DNA of 64,000 nt from Nitrospirales bacterium (GTDB lineage: Bacteria > Nitrospirota > Nitrospiria > Nitrospirales > UBA8639), in assembly GCA_965207015.1 (NCBI GenBank), contig OZ242257.1:461253-525252 (forward strand), written 5' to 3'. Shown here piece by piece: positions 44,093 through 54,447 of this stretch. The notes under the pieces are model-generated. The model made no database searches and was not told the DNA's origin. It saw nothing but the letters and a program-made list of their open reading frames with translations. Made by a program: the position numbers and the translations under genes. The stretch's first letter is position 1, and every line of letters begins with the position of its first letter.

Positions 44093-44479
44093 TCAGGTTC
44101 CGCGTTCGGGTTTGTCCGGGGAACAATAAATGTTGGTCAACCCCCTCAGAAACCGGAGTACGAGTATTCGCATCGTGTCGGGCATTTGACCGACATAGTA
44201 CAGGAGTGCTCTTTCTTCGCTTGTGGTGGGGTGAGGATTCGGCGACGGTGGCGTTGTCGTTCGTGCTTGGGGGTGCGACTTGCCGGTCGCGAGCCATAGT
44301 GGGTCCTGGCCCAGTAAACTGGCCAGCGCAAAGAAATGTGTCAGTTTGATGTTCTTGCTGAAGCCGTGCTCCCACTGATTGACCGCTGACGCCGAAATCC
44401 GTAGCGCCTTGGCGACGTCCGTTTGCGTCAACCCCGCCTGTTCCCTGGCTGCTCGAATTCTCTCAGTCAATGTGTCCAT
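44093..44479 (-). CDS. XRE-family HTH regulator, tandem paralog 3
   Basis: Same architecture and closely related sequence. Confidence 0.8.
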   Translation of the reverse strand: MDTLTERIRAAREQAGLTQTDVAKALRISASAVNQWEHGFSKNIKLTHFFALASLLGQDPLWLATGKSHPQARTTTPPSPNPHPTTSEERALLYYVGQMPDTMRILVLRFLRGLTNIYCSPDKPERGT

Positions 44480-44914
44480 ATTGAAATCGTTACCCTCCTA
44501 CTATTATTATCCACCATTCCTGTAACGTGCGTTGCACTATTTTACAATATGGGATTTTTGTATAAGTATACTTTATTACATAAATTAACGTGAAAATTAT
44601 TTTATCAAGTTTCGCGACAAAAAAAAGAGCTTTTGGCCGGTCAGGTGGGTCCGGTTTCCGGTATCAAGTCGTTTTTGCAATCATGCGATTCCTGTCGGCA
44701 TTGAAAAATTTTTGAAATCCGTTTAGTATCTGCCGCATCCGTTCACGGCGGGAAGGTAGGGGAGACTCCTGGGGGTGCGAGGAGGGGGGTCTCTTTGTCC
44801 ATATCGAGAGAGGATCCGCGAGGACTCTTGAGTTCGTTCCGTTCCCACCTATATGAGAAATGCTGTCAACTATTTGAAAATACTTGATTTTTTTTCAATG
44901 CGAGAATGTTGTGT

Positions 44915-44945
44915 TTGACAAACCTGCCTCGTTTTTCTTTATGGT
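44915..44945 (+). promoter_or_regulatory. candidate sigma70 promoter of metK-ahcY
   Basis: TTGACA (44915-44920) with TTTATG/TATGGT 17-19 nt downstream. A leader of about 130 nt contains an 8-bp GGGTTGCC/GGCAACCC hairpin. Confidence 0.3.
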
Positions 44946-45077
44946 AGGCGGTCTTTGGGTTGCCATCCGTGGTGTTCCGGGCAACCCGATTCTTTAACAG
45001 TTCAACAAGGCACTCCTCTCCGACGGGATGGACAGGGGCTGCCTTTTTGTTTATTGAGCCAGGGAAAGGTGACCGTA

Positions 45078-46235
45078 ATGAGTCAACAGAATTTTTTGTT
45101 TACCTCCGAGTCCGTGACCGAGGGACATCCGGACAAAATCGCCGACCAGATATCCGATGGCATCCTGGATGCCATTATGGCCAAGGATAAAAATTGCCGC
45201 GTGGCGTGTGAGACGATTCTGACGACCGGTTTGGCGTTCGTGGCGGGAGAAATTTCCACGAAGGCCTACGTGGAAATCCCCGATATTATTCGGGAAACCA
45301 TCCGTGACGTGGGCTATACCGATGCCACCTGGGGCTTCGATCACCGGACCTGCTCGGTGCTGACGGCGATCGACGCCCAGTCGGGCGATATCGCCATGGG
45401 TGTGGATACGGGGGGCGCGGGGGACCAGGGGTTGATGTTCGGCTACGCCACCAACGAGACGAGCGAATTGATGCCCATGCCGATTGTGTTGGCCCATCGC
45501 CTGACGAAACGGCTGGCCGAGGTCAGAAAAACGAACCTGTTACCGTGGGTACGCCCGGACGGGAAGGCGCAGGTGACCGTCGAGTACAAGAACGGCAAAC
45601 CGGTCCGCATTGATACGATCGTGGTTTCCACGCAGCACAGCGACAAGGTGACATCCAAGAAGATCGAGCAGGAAATCAAGGAAAAAGTCATTAAACCCGT
45701 GATGCCGAAAGGGATCTTCAACCCGAACAAAGTCACGTTTCACATCAACCCGACGGGCCGGTTCGTGACGGGGGGGCCCATGGGCGATACCGGGTTGACC
45801 GGGCGCAAGATCATCGTTGATACCTATGGAGGCGTGGGAAGTCACGGCGGCGGGGCCTTTTCCGGCAAGGATCCCAGCAAGGTGGACCGGTCCGCATCGT
45901 ACATGGCCCGGTATATTGCCAAGAATATCGTGGCGGCGAAATTGGCCGGGAAATGCGAAGTGCAATTGGCGTACGCGATCGGGGTACCGGAACCCGTCTC
46001 CGTGCTGGTCGACGCCAAAGGGACGGAGAAAGTCGCGATTGAGGTCATCGACAAATTGGTCCGGAAACATTTCCCGATGACCCCGCGTGGCATTATCGAT
46101 TATTTGAAACTGCGACGTCCGATTTATAAGCAGACGGCTGCCTACGGGCATTTTGGGCGAAGCGGCCCGGGATTCACCTGGGAAAAAACGGATAAGGCCT
46201 CGATTTTGAAACAGGCCGTCGACGTGTACCTGTGA
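45078..46235 (+). CDS. metK: S-adenosylmethionine synthase
   Basis: [23 protein letters not shown]-terminus, GGGAFSGKD. Start taken at MSQQNF. Confidence 0.95.
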   Translation: MSQQNFLFTSESVTEGHPDKIADQISDGILDAIMAKDKNCRVACETILTTGLAFVAGEISTKAYVEIPDIIRETIRDVGYTDATWGFDHRTCSVLTAIDAQSGDIAMGVDTGGAGDQGLMFGYATNETSELMPMPIVLAHRLTKRLAEVRKTNLLPWVRPDGKAQVTVEYKNGKPVRIDTIVVSTQHSDKVTSKKIEQEIKEKVIKPVMPKGIFNPNKVTFHINPTGRFVTGGPMGDTGLTGRKIIVDTYGGVGSHGGGAFSGKDPSKVDRSASYMARYIAKNIVAAKLAGKCEVQLAYAIGVPEPVSVLVDAKGTEKVAIEVIDKLVRKHFPMTPRGIIDYLKLRRPIYKQTAAYGHFGRSGPGFTWEKTDKASILKQAVDVYL

Positions 46236-46270
46236 CGTTGAGGGAGTCCAAGCAGAAGGGAGCGATAAGC

Positions 46271-47653
46271 ATGAGTACAACTGCGCAACTGGAGAACACG
46301 GTGTGTGATTATAAGGTAGCGGATATCAGCTTGGCTGACTGGGGCCGGAAAGAGATTCAGATTGCCGAAACGGAAATGCCCGGCTTGATGGCCTTGAGGG
46401 AGAAGTATCGGGCGACGCAACCCCTCAAGGGCGCCAGGATTCTGGGGTGCATTCACATGACGATCCAGACGGCCGTCCTGATTGAAACCTTGATGGAATT
46501 GGGGGCCGAAGTGCGGTGGTCCTCCTGCAACATTTTCTCCACACAGGATCACGCCGCGGCCGCGATCGCGGCCCGGGGCATTCCGGTGTACGCCTGGAAA
46601 GGCGAGACGCTCGAAGAATATGACTGGTGCATCGAGCAGACCATTTTGAAGGATGGCCGGCCCTGGGACGCGAACATGGTCCTGGATGACGGGGGTGATT
46701 TGACCCTGATGCTCCACGAAAAGTATCCGGCGATGTTGGATAAAATCCACGGCATCACGGAAGAGACCACCACGGGGGTGCACCGGCTGCAGGAGCGGAT
46801 GGAAAACGGCACCCTGAAAGTGCCGGTCATCAACGTCAACGATTCCGTCACGAAATCGAAAAACGACAATAAATACGGCTGCCGGCACAGTTTGAACGAC
46901 GCGGTGAAGCGTGGCACGGACCACCTCTTATCCGGGAAAAAAGCCCTGGTGGTCGGGTATGGCGACGTGGGGAAAGGGTCGGCCCAATCCCTGCGCCAGG
47001 AAGGCATGATCGTGCGCGTGTCGGAAATCGACCCCATTTGCGCGATGCAGGCCTGCATGGACGGCTTTGAGGTCGTGTCGCCCTACAACGCTGGAATCAA
47101 TACGGGGAAAGTGGAAGACATCAACACGGCGGTGTTGGGCAATACGGACCTGGTCGTGACGGCCACCGGCAATTACAACGTCTGTGACGCCGCCATGTTG
47201 CAAACGCTCAAACCGGGCGCCGTGGTCTGCAATATCGGCCATTTCGACAATGAAATCGATACGGCCTACATGCGGAAACATTGGGAGTGGGAGGAAGTCA
47301 AGCCGCAAGTGCATAAAGTCTATCGGAGCGCACTCGCCAACGACCACCTGATCCTCCTGTCCGAAGGGCGTCTGGTCAATCTGGGCAATGCCACCGGTCA
47401 TCCCTCCCGGATTATGGACGGGTCCTTTTCCAACCAGGTCCTGGCGCAAATTTATCTGTTCGGGAAAAAATTCGCCGACACGCCTGGGGCTTCGGTCACG
47501 GTCGAAGTGCTGCCGAAGAAGCTGGATGAAGAAGTGGCCGCCCATATGGTGCGCGGGTTCGGTGGGATGTTGACCAGACTCACCGAAGAGCAGGCCTCCT
47601 ACATCAATGTGACTGTCGAAGGCCCGTTCAAACCGGAAACCTACCGGTACTGA
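46271..47653 (+). CDS. ahcY: adenosylhomocysteinase
   Basis: [17 protein letters not shown]..., [11 protein letters not shown] site. Start taken at MSTTAQ. Confidence 0.95.
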   Translation: MSTTAQLENTVCDYKVADISLADWGRKEIQIAETEMPGLMALREKYRATQPLKGARILGCIHMTIQTAVLIETLMELGAEVRWSSCNIFSTQDHAAAAIAARGIPVYAWKGETLEEYDWCIEQTILKDGRPWDANMVLDDGGDLTLMLHEKYPAMLDKIHGITEETTTGVHRLQERMENGTLKVPVINVNDSVTKSKNDNKYGCRHSLNDAVKRGTDHLLSGKKALVVGYGDVGKGSAQSLRQEGMIVRVSEIDPICAMQACMDGFEVVSPYNAGINTGKVEDINTAVLGNTDLVVTATGNYNVCDAAMLQTLKPGAVVCNIGHFDNEIDTAYMRKHWEWEEVKPQVHKVYRSALANDHLILLSEGRLVNLGNATGHPSRIMDGSFSNQVLAQIYLFGKKFADTPGASVTVEVLPKKLDEEVAAHMVRGFGGMLTRLTEEQASYINVTVEGPFKPETYRY

Positions 47654-47666
47654 TTGTCGCGCGTTT

Positions 47667-47787
47667 TCCTCCCCTTTGTAAGGGAAGCTGGGTGGGGTAG
47701 AGCCACCCGTCCATGGAGGACAGAGGTTTGCCGTCTTGGTCCCTGCCTCTACCTCCCCTCGCCCCTCCTTACGAAGGAGGGGAATAG
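47667..47787. repeat. two REP-B copies in opposite orientation
   Basis: CCTCCCCTTTGTAAGGGAAGCTGGGTGGGGTAG and CCTCCCCTCGCCCCTCCTTACGAAGGAGGGGAAT. Confidence 0.8.
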
Positions 47788-47817
47788 GAAGAGTGCGAGG
47801 CATACCCTGTCTGCGCA

Positions 47818-47847
47818 TTGACAGCCCATCCCGGAAATTTCTATAGT
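47818..47847 (+). promoter_or_regulatory. candidate sigma70 promoter of the oxidoreductase operon
   Basis: TTGACA-N18-TATAGT, about 190 nt upstream of 48038. Confidence 0.4.
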
Positions 47848-48037
47848 GATTCGCTGGAATTGCAGCGTGGAATGCTGGGTCAAAAGCCTCATGCAGCCGG
47901 TCTGGACAATGGCCTAAATATCCGGCCTGTTGGGGCTTTTTCCAGGTTGCGAAATTCCGTACACCGGCATACAGTAATCCGACAACTGCGTTATCAGGAC
48001 ACATTTATATTCTGTCAGGAATTGAGGAATTAAGCCT

Positions 48038-48652
48038 ATGTCGACAATGTATGAGGTTCTACCAGGTCCGGAGCATTTTCTGCCCCCGGCGGCAGCCAGT
48101 ATGGGCGTTCGTTTGCCGGATCCGGGGCAGGCACATATTCACGGAAAAATCGTCAATGAGGATGAGGCCATGGAAGTCGCGGCCCGTCAGTTCCTGTCGG
48201 CCAAAGTTCCGACGATCTTCCCCGGTCCGCTGGTTCTGTGGGCCTGGAATGAAAAAGCGGCCAAGAAGGCCACGGCAATCAGGCATCTCTATGAAACGAT
48301 CAAGGAAAGCGTCGCCCCGTCCCAACAGGCGATGCTCATTCCCATGCCCGATTACCGGCCCAAATATCCGAAGATCAACCCTGAAATCGAAATCAATCCC
48401 AACCATCCCAACCTCACGATTTGGCATAACAAGATCGATGCCTGTATGTTCGTCGGGGTGCATTGCCATCAGGCGAACCTGTCCCTCAAGATTATCCGGG
48501 GCGGCACGTATTGTTATACCATCGCCATGTGCGCCCAGGCCGGGCATGAAGACGCCATGGTGTCGTTCCGGGATGCGACGGCCGACAAGATCATGAAATT
48601 GGCCGATTGGGTGAAAAAGTTAAAAGGGTCGGTCGAGCCGCCGAAAGATTGA
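48038..48652 (+). CDS. putative fifth (delta-type) subunit of the five-subunit 2-oxoacid:ferredoxin oxidoreductase
   Basis: 204-aa ORF leading the alpha-beta-gamma-ferredoxin genes. Assigned by position and size only. Confidence 0.5.
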   Translation: MSTMYEVLPGPEHFLPPAAASMGVRLPDPGQAHIHGKIVNEDEAMEVAARQFLSAKVPTIFPGPLVLWAWNEKAAKKATAIRHLYETIKESVAPSQQAMLIPMPDYRPKYPKINPEIEINPNHPNLTIWHNKIDACMFVGVHCHQANLSLKIIRGGTYCYTIAMCAQAGHEDAMVSFRDATADKIMKLADWVKKLKGSVEPPKD

Positions 48653-48776
48653 GGACAACGGTATTTTTTATTTATTTCACGTGCTTGAAACGCTACAATA
48701 GAGAAACACGAGAGAAACACGCGGTTCACATGAAACGCCCTGTGAGAAGAAGCCGGTAGCAGAAGGAGGCGCAATC

Positions 48777-49985
48777 ATGGCAACGCAATCATTAGTCGGG
48801 ACAAAAAACAGAGCCGGGCAGGTCGTGGAAGACCCCTGGAAGATGATGCATGAAGCCGAACGAACTCCCTGTTTTTTTACGGGTAGTGAGGTCATCAAGG
48901 AAGCCATCCGTCGGGCCAATTGCGACGTCATGATCGCCTATCCGATTACCCCGCAAAGTGAAGCCGCGGCGTTGATCGGTGAGTTGTTTGCCGAAGGGTT
49001 TATCGGTGACTACTTCCGCGGGGAAAGCGAGTTCGCGGTCATGTCCCAATGCGCGGGGGCGGCGTTCGGCGGCGCGCGCGTGTTTACCACGACCGCGGGT
49101 CCGGGCACCATGCGGGCCATGGAGAACTTTCCGATGTGGGCCGGGGCCCGGCTGCCCATTCAAATGATCGTGACCTGCCGGGGCATCAACTCCCCCCTCT
49201 CCATCCAGCCCGACACGTTGGAAATCTCGTACCTGCTGAACACGGGGATGCTGGTCTGGCACGCCGAGACGGCTCAGGACTTTTATGACTGGATTTTGAA
49301 GGGCTACATGGTGTCGGAAGAGCCGGACGTGCATTTGCCCCTGGCGCTGTGCTGTGACGGGTTTTTCGTGACCCACACGAAGGACGTGGTGAATCTGACG
49401 CCGGCGGACATGTGCCTGCCGCCCTATGACCCGTACCGGTCGCCGGTGCCGTGCATGGACATGGAATGCCCGCCGGTCCGCATGATGCGTGACCCGTTCG
49501 TGATGAAGAGCAACTATATCAGTTATGCCACCCATGCGAGCTGGCAGCAGGAGGTCTGGGCGGCGATCGAGCGGTCCCGGAAGCACACCATCCGGTGGTT
49601 GGACGGTCTGATTGAAGTGGACCGGCCCGATGCCGAGATTCTGATCGTCTCGTCCGGCACCGCGGTTTCCCAGGGCCGAGAAGCCCAGGCGCTGCTGGAA
49701 GAGGACGGCATCGACGTGGGCATCGTCAAAGTCAAAACCCTGCGGCCGTGGCCGGGAGAGGAAATCCGGGAGGCCACCAAGAAGGCCAAGCACATCATCG
49801 TGCCGGAATTCAACGTCACGGGTTGGCTGGCCAAAGAAATCCGTGCCACGATTGATGATGGAGACCGCGTATTTGCCGGTCCTCACGTCTGCGGGGGCAT
49901 GACCATGCCGCCTGAGGTCATCGCGGCAGATCTCAAGAAGCATTTGGGCCTGAAATCCGAAAGCCTGGCCGGACGAGGAAGCTGA
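48777..49985 (+). CDS. 2-oxoacid:ferredoxin oxidoreductase alpha subunit
   Basis: MIAYPITPQSE and colinear PorA/KorA-type sequence, 402 aa. Confidence 0.9.
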   Translation: MATQSLVGTKNRAGQVVEDPWKMMHEAERTPCFFTGSEVIKEAIRRANCDVMIAYPITPQSEAAALIGELFAEGFIGDYFRGESEFAVMSQCAGAAFGGARVFTTTAGPGTMRAMENFPMWAGARLPIQMIVTCRGINSPLSIQPDTLEISYLLNTGMLVWHAETAQDFYDWILKGYMVSEEPDVHLPLALCCDGFFVTHTKDVVNLTPADMCLPPYDPYRSPVPCMDMECPPVRMMRDPFVMKSNYISYATHASWQQEVWAAIERSRKHTIRWLDGLIEVDRPDAEILIVSSGTAVSQGREAQALLEEDGIDVGIVKVKTLRPWPGEEIREATKKAKHIIVPEFNVTGWLAKEIRATIDDGDRVFAGPHVCGGMTMPPEVIAADLKKHLGLKSESLAGRGS

Positions 49986-50057
49986 CGCAACGTACGTCCG
50001 TCACACCCGGCATGCGGAATGAACGTGATTATTCTGAATATGCGCTAGGAGGCGACC

Positions 50058-50993
50058 ATGAGCAAGGAACGCATTAAGATAGCTCCTGAGATGTTCGATA
50101 TTATGCCCGAGGAGTACCAGGATCTGGTTGAACGCGCCACGTACGGGAAGGATGGCCGCGGGTGGAAGGATATCGGGACCTCGAAGGAATTGATTGAAGA
50201 GCATTCGTTGTGTGCCGGGTGTCCCGAGTCCATGGCGTTCCGGTACATCCTGGCGTCGTTGCCCGCCCCCGAGGATACCGTGATGGTGGGGTCCACCGGC
50301 TGCACCAGCTTGGTCTTTCCGCACGTGGGCGTCCACAATATTCATTCGCTCTTCGGCAACCAGAACGCGATCGCGTCCGGGTTGAAACGCGCGCTCAGCG
50401 TGCGGTTCCCGGGACAGGTCAAGGACGTGGTGGTGTTGGCCGGCGACGGGGCCACGGTGGATATCGGCCTCGATATGACGCTGCAAGCCTGGTTCCGGCA
50501 GGAGAAATTCACGACCATTTGTTTCGACAACGAACTGTACGCCAACACGGGCGGCCAGGAGAGCGGCCTGATGCAAAAGGGGTTCGTGGCCAAGATGGCG
50601 CCCGTGGGCAAAACGTTTGAAAAGGTCAAATTGCCGGAAATCGCGCGTGAGTCCGGCTGCCACTACGTGGTGAATTGTACGGTCAGCAAACCGAACCTGG
50701 TGGAAAAGGTCATCAAGAACGCGATCCACGTGGCCCGTGAGATCGGCCCCACCTACTTGCAACTCTACACCCCGTGCATCCTCGAAATCGGGAAGAACAG
50801 CATGGAAGGCTTGCAGGAAATGCGGGACTCTGAAAAGCCGACCGAACGGTTTGCGTATAAAGAGTACGTCAGCGATGAAGCCAAGGAGTTGTTGACCGAA
50901 TTGGCGGCAAAGGAAAAAGAGCGCAAGGCCGCATTGAAGAAGCAATTGGCGGACAAGCAAGCGGCGGAAAAGGAATTGGCTGCAAAGGCCTGA
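50058..50993 (+). CDS. 2-oxoacid:ferredoxin oxidoreductase beta subunit (TPP-binding)
   Basis: CAGCPES..., GSTGCTS, LAGDGATVDIG, NELYANTGGQ motifs. Confidence 0.9.
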   Translation: MSKERIKIAPEMFDIMPEEYQDLVERATYGKDGRGWKDIGTSKELIEEHSLCAGCPESMAFRYILASLPAPEDTVMVGSTGCTSLVFPHVGVHNIHSLFGNQNAIASGLKRALSVRFPGQVKDVVVLAGDGATVDIGLDMTLQAWFRQEKFTTICFDNELYANTGGQESGLMQKGFVAKMAPVGKTFEKVKLPEIARESGCHYVVNCTVSKPNLVEKVIKNAIHVAREIGPTYLQLYTPCILEIGKNSMEGLQEMRDSEKPTERFAYKEYVSDEAKELLTELAAKEKERKAALKKQLADKQAAEKELAAKA

Positions 50994-51021
50994 GCCCTCC
51001 CTACGGAAAGGGGAACACGTC

Positions 51022-51717
51022 ATGATCAAGCGGAGATTGAATATTCGCATGTCGGGTCTTGGAGGACAGGGTGCCGTGACGGCCGCGCACGTGCTGGCCA
51101 TGGCGGCGTCCCGGGATGGCAAGTTTGCCATCTCGAATCCCTTTTTCGGCGCGGAAAAGCGCATGGCGCCGGCCGAGAGTTATTGCCGGATCGGCGTGAG
51201 CCGGATCTACGACCGGGGGGAGTTGGTGTTCCCCGACGTGATCGAAGTGTTTCACCCGCAGGTGATCACAATGGGCAAGAGCTACACCATGCCGTTTTAT
51301 TCGGGCATCAAGGAAAACGGCGTCGTCGTCATCAATTCGGACGTGCCGCTGTTGTCGGACGAGGACGTGAAGCGGTTGAAGGATCTGAACGTGGCGGTGT
51401 TCTATATCAAAGGCACCCAGGTCGCGTTGGAAGTGGCGGGCACGGAGTTGTCCACGAATATGACCATGATCGGGTCGGTATCCGGCATTACCAAGTGCGT
51501 CTCCCTGGAGGCGCTCGAGGGCGCGCTGCAGGAGCGGTTCGGGAAAAAATTCGTGGCCTCCGGTGGTACGGCCACCCTGGACGAAGCCATCAAAAAGAAA
51601 TTCGCCAAGAAAGAAATGCTCTTGAAGAAAAACCTGGAGACGGTCGTCAAATCATACGAAATGGCGTCGGAATGGGCGGAAAAGAACAACATCGAACTGG
51701 CCGTTGCCGCGGCATAA
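51022..51717 (+). CDS. 2-oxoacid:ferredoxin oxidoreductase gamma subunit
   Basis: IRMSGLGGQGAVTAAHVLA N-terminus typical of gamma subunits. Confidence 0.85.
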   Translation: MIKRRLNIRMSGLGGQGAVTAAHVLAMAASRDGKFAISNPFFGAEKRMAPAESYCRIGVSRIYDRGELVFPDVIEVFHPQVITMGKSYTMPFYSGIKENGVVVINSDVPLLSDEDVKRLKDLNVAVFYIKGTQVALEVAGTELSTNMTMIGSVSGITKCVSLEALEGALQERFGKKFVASGGTATLDEAIKKKFAKKEMLLKKNLETVVKSYEMASEWAEKNNIELAVAAA

Positions 51718-51738
51718 AGAAGAAAGACAGGAGTATTC

Positions 51739-52017
51739 ATGTATAACGTAGCGCAAGTCACCGATGAAAAATGTGTCGCCAAAAAGGGGTGCCGGTTGTG
51801 CATCATGTACTGCCCCGAGGCCAACACCCTGGACCTGAACGTCGAGAAAATGGTGGCGGAAGTTTTTATCAATCGGTGTAAGGGTTGTGAGTTGTGCAAG
51901 GTTGTGTGCGACGCGGCCAAACATGAAGCCATCGACATGGTGGCGGTGAGCGCCAACGGACAATTGATGGACCAGGCCGGCGAAGCCGCGGAGTTGGGAC
52001 AAGCCTATCAGGGGTAA
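51739..52017 (+). CDS. 2x[4Fe-4S] ferredoxin-type subunit of the oxidoreductase
   Basis: CVAKKGCRLCIMYCP and CKGCELCKVVCD cluster motifs, 92 aa. Confidence 0.85.
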   Translation: MYNVAQVTDEKCVAKKGCRLCIMYCPEANTLDLNVEKMVAEVFINRCKGCELCKVVCDAAKHEAIDMVAVSANGQLMDQAGEAAELGQAYQG

Positions 52018-52061
52018 TCTCACACGTCAGATATCGGAATAGGGCCCTGCGGCAGACGCCT

Positions 52062-52391
52062 TTGTCGCGGGGCTTTATTTTTTTCGATGGCGACCCGCGC
52101 GATTCGGATGAACCAGAGGGTGCGGACATGAGCGATGACCTCAGAGAACTCATGGGCGAGATCAACCAGAGCATGACCAAGTTCCATGACCGGCTGGAGA
52201 GTCGTGCCACGGAAATGGAACTGACGGGCGGGGACCCCGACGTCGTCAAGAAATTGACCCTCGGCGCCGATGCCATGAAAGACAGCGCCAACATCTACAT
52301 GTCGTGGGCGCGGCATTACGTCGCGTTGTCCGAAGGCGGCGCGGCCGAAGCCGAAGAAGGCGAAGAAGACTCCGACGATTTTCAGTTTTAA
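52062..52391 (+). CDS. acidic hypothetical protein
   Basis: 109-aa ORF (alternative start MSDDLREL at 52128) with an EEGEEDSDDFQF tail. Confidence 0.4.
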   Translation: MSRGFIFFDGDPRDSDEPEGADMSDDLRELMGEINQSMTKFHDRLESRATEMELTGGDPDVVKKLTLGADAMKDSANIYMSWARHYVALSEGGAAEAEEGEEDSDDFQF

Positions 52392-52549
52392 GACTGCAAA
52401 AGATCACCGCCAGGCCAAGCCGAATAATCTCTCCAGTCCATGGCCGTTATTGCTCAACTCACATGCCAAGTATATGATGACGATTGTTACGAGGAGATTG
52501 ATCCGGCGCAAAACACGAATTGATTTAGTCATCAGCCCGATATAGACGT

Positions 52550-52625
52550 TCCTCGGTAGCTCAGTTGGTAGAGCGGTCGGCTGTTAACCGATTGGTCGCA
52601 GGTTCGAGTCCTGCCCGGGGAGCCA
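52550..52625 (+). tRNA. tRNA-Asn (anticodon GUU), CCA encoded
   Basis: Hand-folded: acceptor TCCTCGG/CCGGGGA, anticodon loop CTGTTAA, TTCGAGT T-loop. Confidence 0.9.
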
Positions 52626-52631
52626 ATTTTC

Positions 52632-52652
52632 AGCCGCTCATCTGAGCGGCTT
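52632..52652 (+). terminator. hairpin downstream of tRNA-Asn
   Basis: 9-bp stem AGCCGCTCA/TGAGCGGCT with a 3-nt loop. No clear U-tract. Confidence 0.3.
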
Positions 52653-52942
52653 ATGAGTGCAAGCGAGACTCCGAAGGGTAACTCGCATCGGGGTTTTCCA
52701 GAGGTAAACCTCGCCGGCGACGGCATCCGTCGCCGCTCGCTCGACGCCCTGCTTCAGGGCGCGGGTCTTGGAATGGCGATGCCTTGAGAAAGGCCAGGTT
52801 TCGCCAAAACTGCATGGCTGTACCCGCCTGCTTGATCGCGGATCAGAATACAGTGATATGAGGTGAACCACCTTGGGGGTGCCGGTAGGCGACTGCCATG
52901 TAGGTTCTGAGAGATTTCAATAACCAAGGAGTTTGTTTACGT

Positions 52943-54325
52943 ATGTCTGTTAAGTCTTTTTCAACCCGTCCACGTCCATCCAGCCGAACACGGCGCCACC
53001 AAGCCGTTTGCGCTGATTGCGAGACGTCTACAACCGTTCCCTTCCGGCCGGGCCCGGAAAGGCCGGTGTACTGCTCGCCATGCTTCAAAACCCGTCGCAG
53101 CGGTCTGTCCTCGGCGGTCAATGCACCGGTGAGTGAGTCATTTTCTGCAAAAATCCCCCCTGCCGACGGCGCCCACGCCGATGGCGCCGCATTTTCCGGC
53201 ATGGCGTTGAATGGTGCCACCAAGGCGGCCATTTCCAGGATGAACATATCGGAGCCCACGCCCATTCAAGAGCAGTCCATCCCCCATCTCCTGGCGGGTC
53301 AGGACTTGATCGGGCAGGCGCGTACGGGGTCCGGAAAGACGCTGGCGTTTGCCGTACCCCTGGCGGAGCAGTGTGATCCGTCGGTCCGGCAGGTCCAGGC
53401 GCTGGTCCTGGTTCCCACCCGGGAACTGGCCATCCAGGTATCCGGAGTCATGAAGGCCTTGGCGTCGGCACAGCGGCTGCGCGTGACGTTACTCTACGGC
53501 GGCCGGTCGTTGAGGCCGGAGTTCACGGCGTTGCGAAACGGAGCCCAGATCATCATCGGCACGCCGGGCCGCACGCTGGACCATCTGCGGCAGGGCACAC
53601 TTGACCTGCGGTCCGTGCGATTCCTGGTGTTGGATGAAGCGGACGAAATGCTGGACAGGGGATTTGCCCACGACGTTGAAGCCATTCTGAGCCGGACGCC
53701 CTCCGGACGGCAGACGGCGCTTCTTTCCGCAACCATGCCGGAGTGGGTGGCGAAGACCGCGAAGAAATACCTGCGCAACCCCGTCTCGGTAAAGGTGGAT
53801 GCAGACCTGCAGGCGCTGCCTACTGTGGAGCACGTGGTCTATACCATTCAGAAGAGCGACAAGATCGAAGCCCTCAAAACCCTGTTGAACCAGCGGGACG
53901 ACGCTCCGGTTATCGTCTTCGGCAAAACCAAGCACGGCGTCACCAAGCTGGCCAAGAAGCTCGACACATTGGGCTATCCGGTCGGCGCGCTCCAAGGCAA
54001 TCTCAGCCAGAACGCACGTGAGCGGGTGATGCTGAACTTCCGGTCCGGCGCCGCGCCGATTTTGGTCGCGACCAATGTGGCCGCTCGAGGCTTGGACGTT
54101 CAAGGCATCGGTCAAGTCATCAACTATGACCTGCCGGACTCGGAACAACTCTTCACGCACCGGGTCGGACGGACCGGTCGCATGGGCCGCTCCGGAGAGG
54201 CGATCACGTTCATCACGTCTGACGAAGAGCGGAAATGGCGTGAAATTGAGCGAAGCCTGGGCCGCCGGTTTGCCCGCAAGGCATGGAGTGCTGACCGTAA
54301 GCCGGAGCACCGTCGAGGGAGGTAA
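52943..54325 (+). CDS. DEAD-box RNA helicase with an N-terminal CxxC-x17-CxxC zinc ribbon
   Basis: CADC-x17-CSPC at the N-terminus. AQARTGSGKT, VLDEADEML, SAT, HRVGRTGR motifs. Confidence 0.9.
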   Translation: MSVKSFSTRPRPSSRTRRHQAVCADCETSTTVPFRPGPERPVYCSPCFKTRRSGLSSAVNAPVSESFSAKIPPADGAHADGAAFSGMALNGATKAAISRMNISEPTPIQEQSIPHLLAGQDLIGQARTGSGKTLAFAVPLAEQCDPSVRQVQALVLVPTRELAIQVSGVMKALASAQRLRVTLLYGGRSLRPEFTALRNGAQIIIGTPGRTLDHLRQGTLDLRSVRFLVLDEADEMLDRGFAHDVEAILSRTPSGRQTALLSATMPEWVAKTAKKYLRNPVSVKVDADLQALPTVEHVVYTIQKSDKIEALKTLLNQRDDAPVIVFGKTKHGVTKLAKKLDTLGYPVGALQGNLSQNARERVMLNFRSGAAPILVATNVAARGLDVQGIGQVINYDLPDSEQLFTHRVGRTGRMGRSGEAITFITSDEERKWREIERSLGRRFARKAWSADRKPEHRRGR

Positions 54326-54390
54326 GACCGCCCTTCATGGCGCGGTCGTCCGGAGGCGTTGCCGGTTTGCGGGCAACTGAACGTTTTTAC

Positions 54391-54415
54391 GAAGCACCGC
54401 GCGAGGCGGTGCTTC
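54391..54415 (+). terminator. hairpin between the helicase and csp genes
   Basis: 10-bp stem GAAGCACCGC/GCGGTGCTTC with a 5-nt loop, followed by GCTTATT. Confidence 0.35.
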
Positions 54416-54447
54416 GCTTATTCACTATGTCGTGAAAGGAAATAATC

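Noticed and set aside
44946-45077. Possible SAM-responsive riboswitch in the metK leader (a GGGTTGCC...CCGGGCAACCC hairpin reminiscent of the GGCAACC core of SAM-I/IV).
   Set aside because: I could not find the other conserved SAM-I/IV elements (kink-turn, GAGGGA/GGUGC pairing) or SAM-II or SAH-riboswitch signatures by eye. A covariance-model scan (Rfam RF00162, RF00634, RF01725, RF00521, RF01057) would decide. Only the promoter and hairpin are reported, at low confidence.
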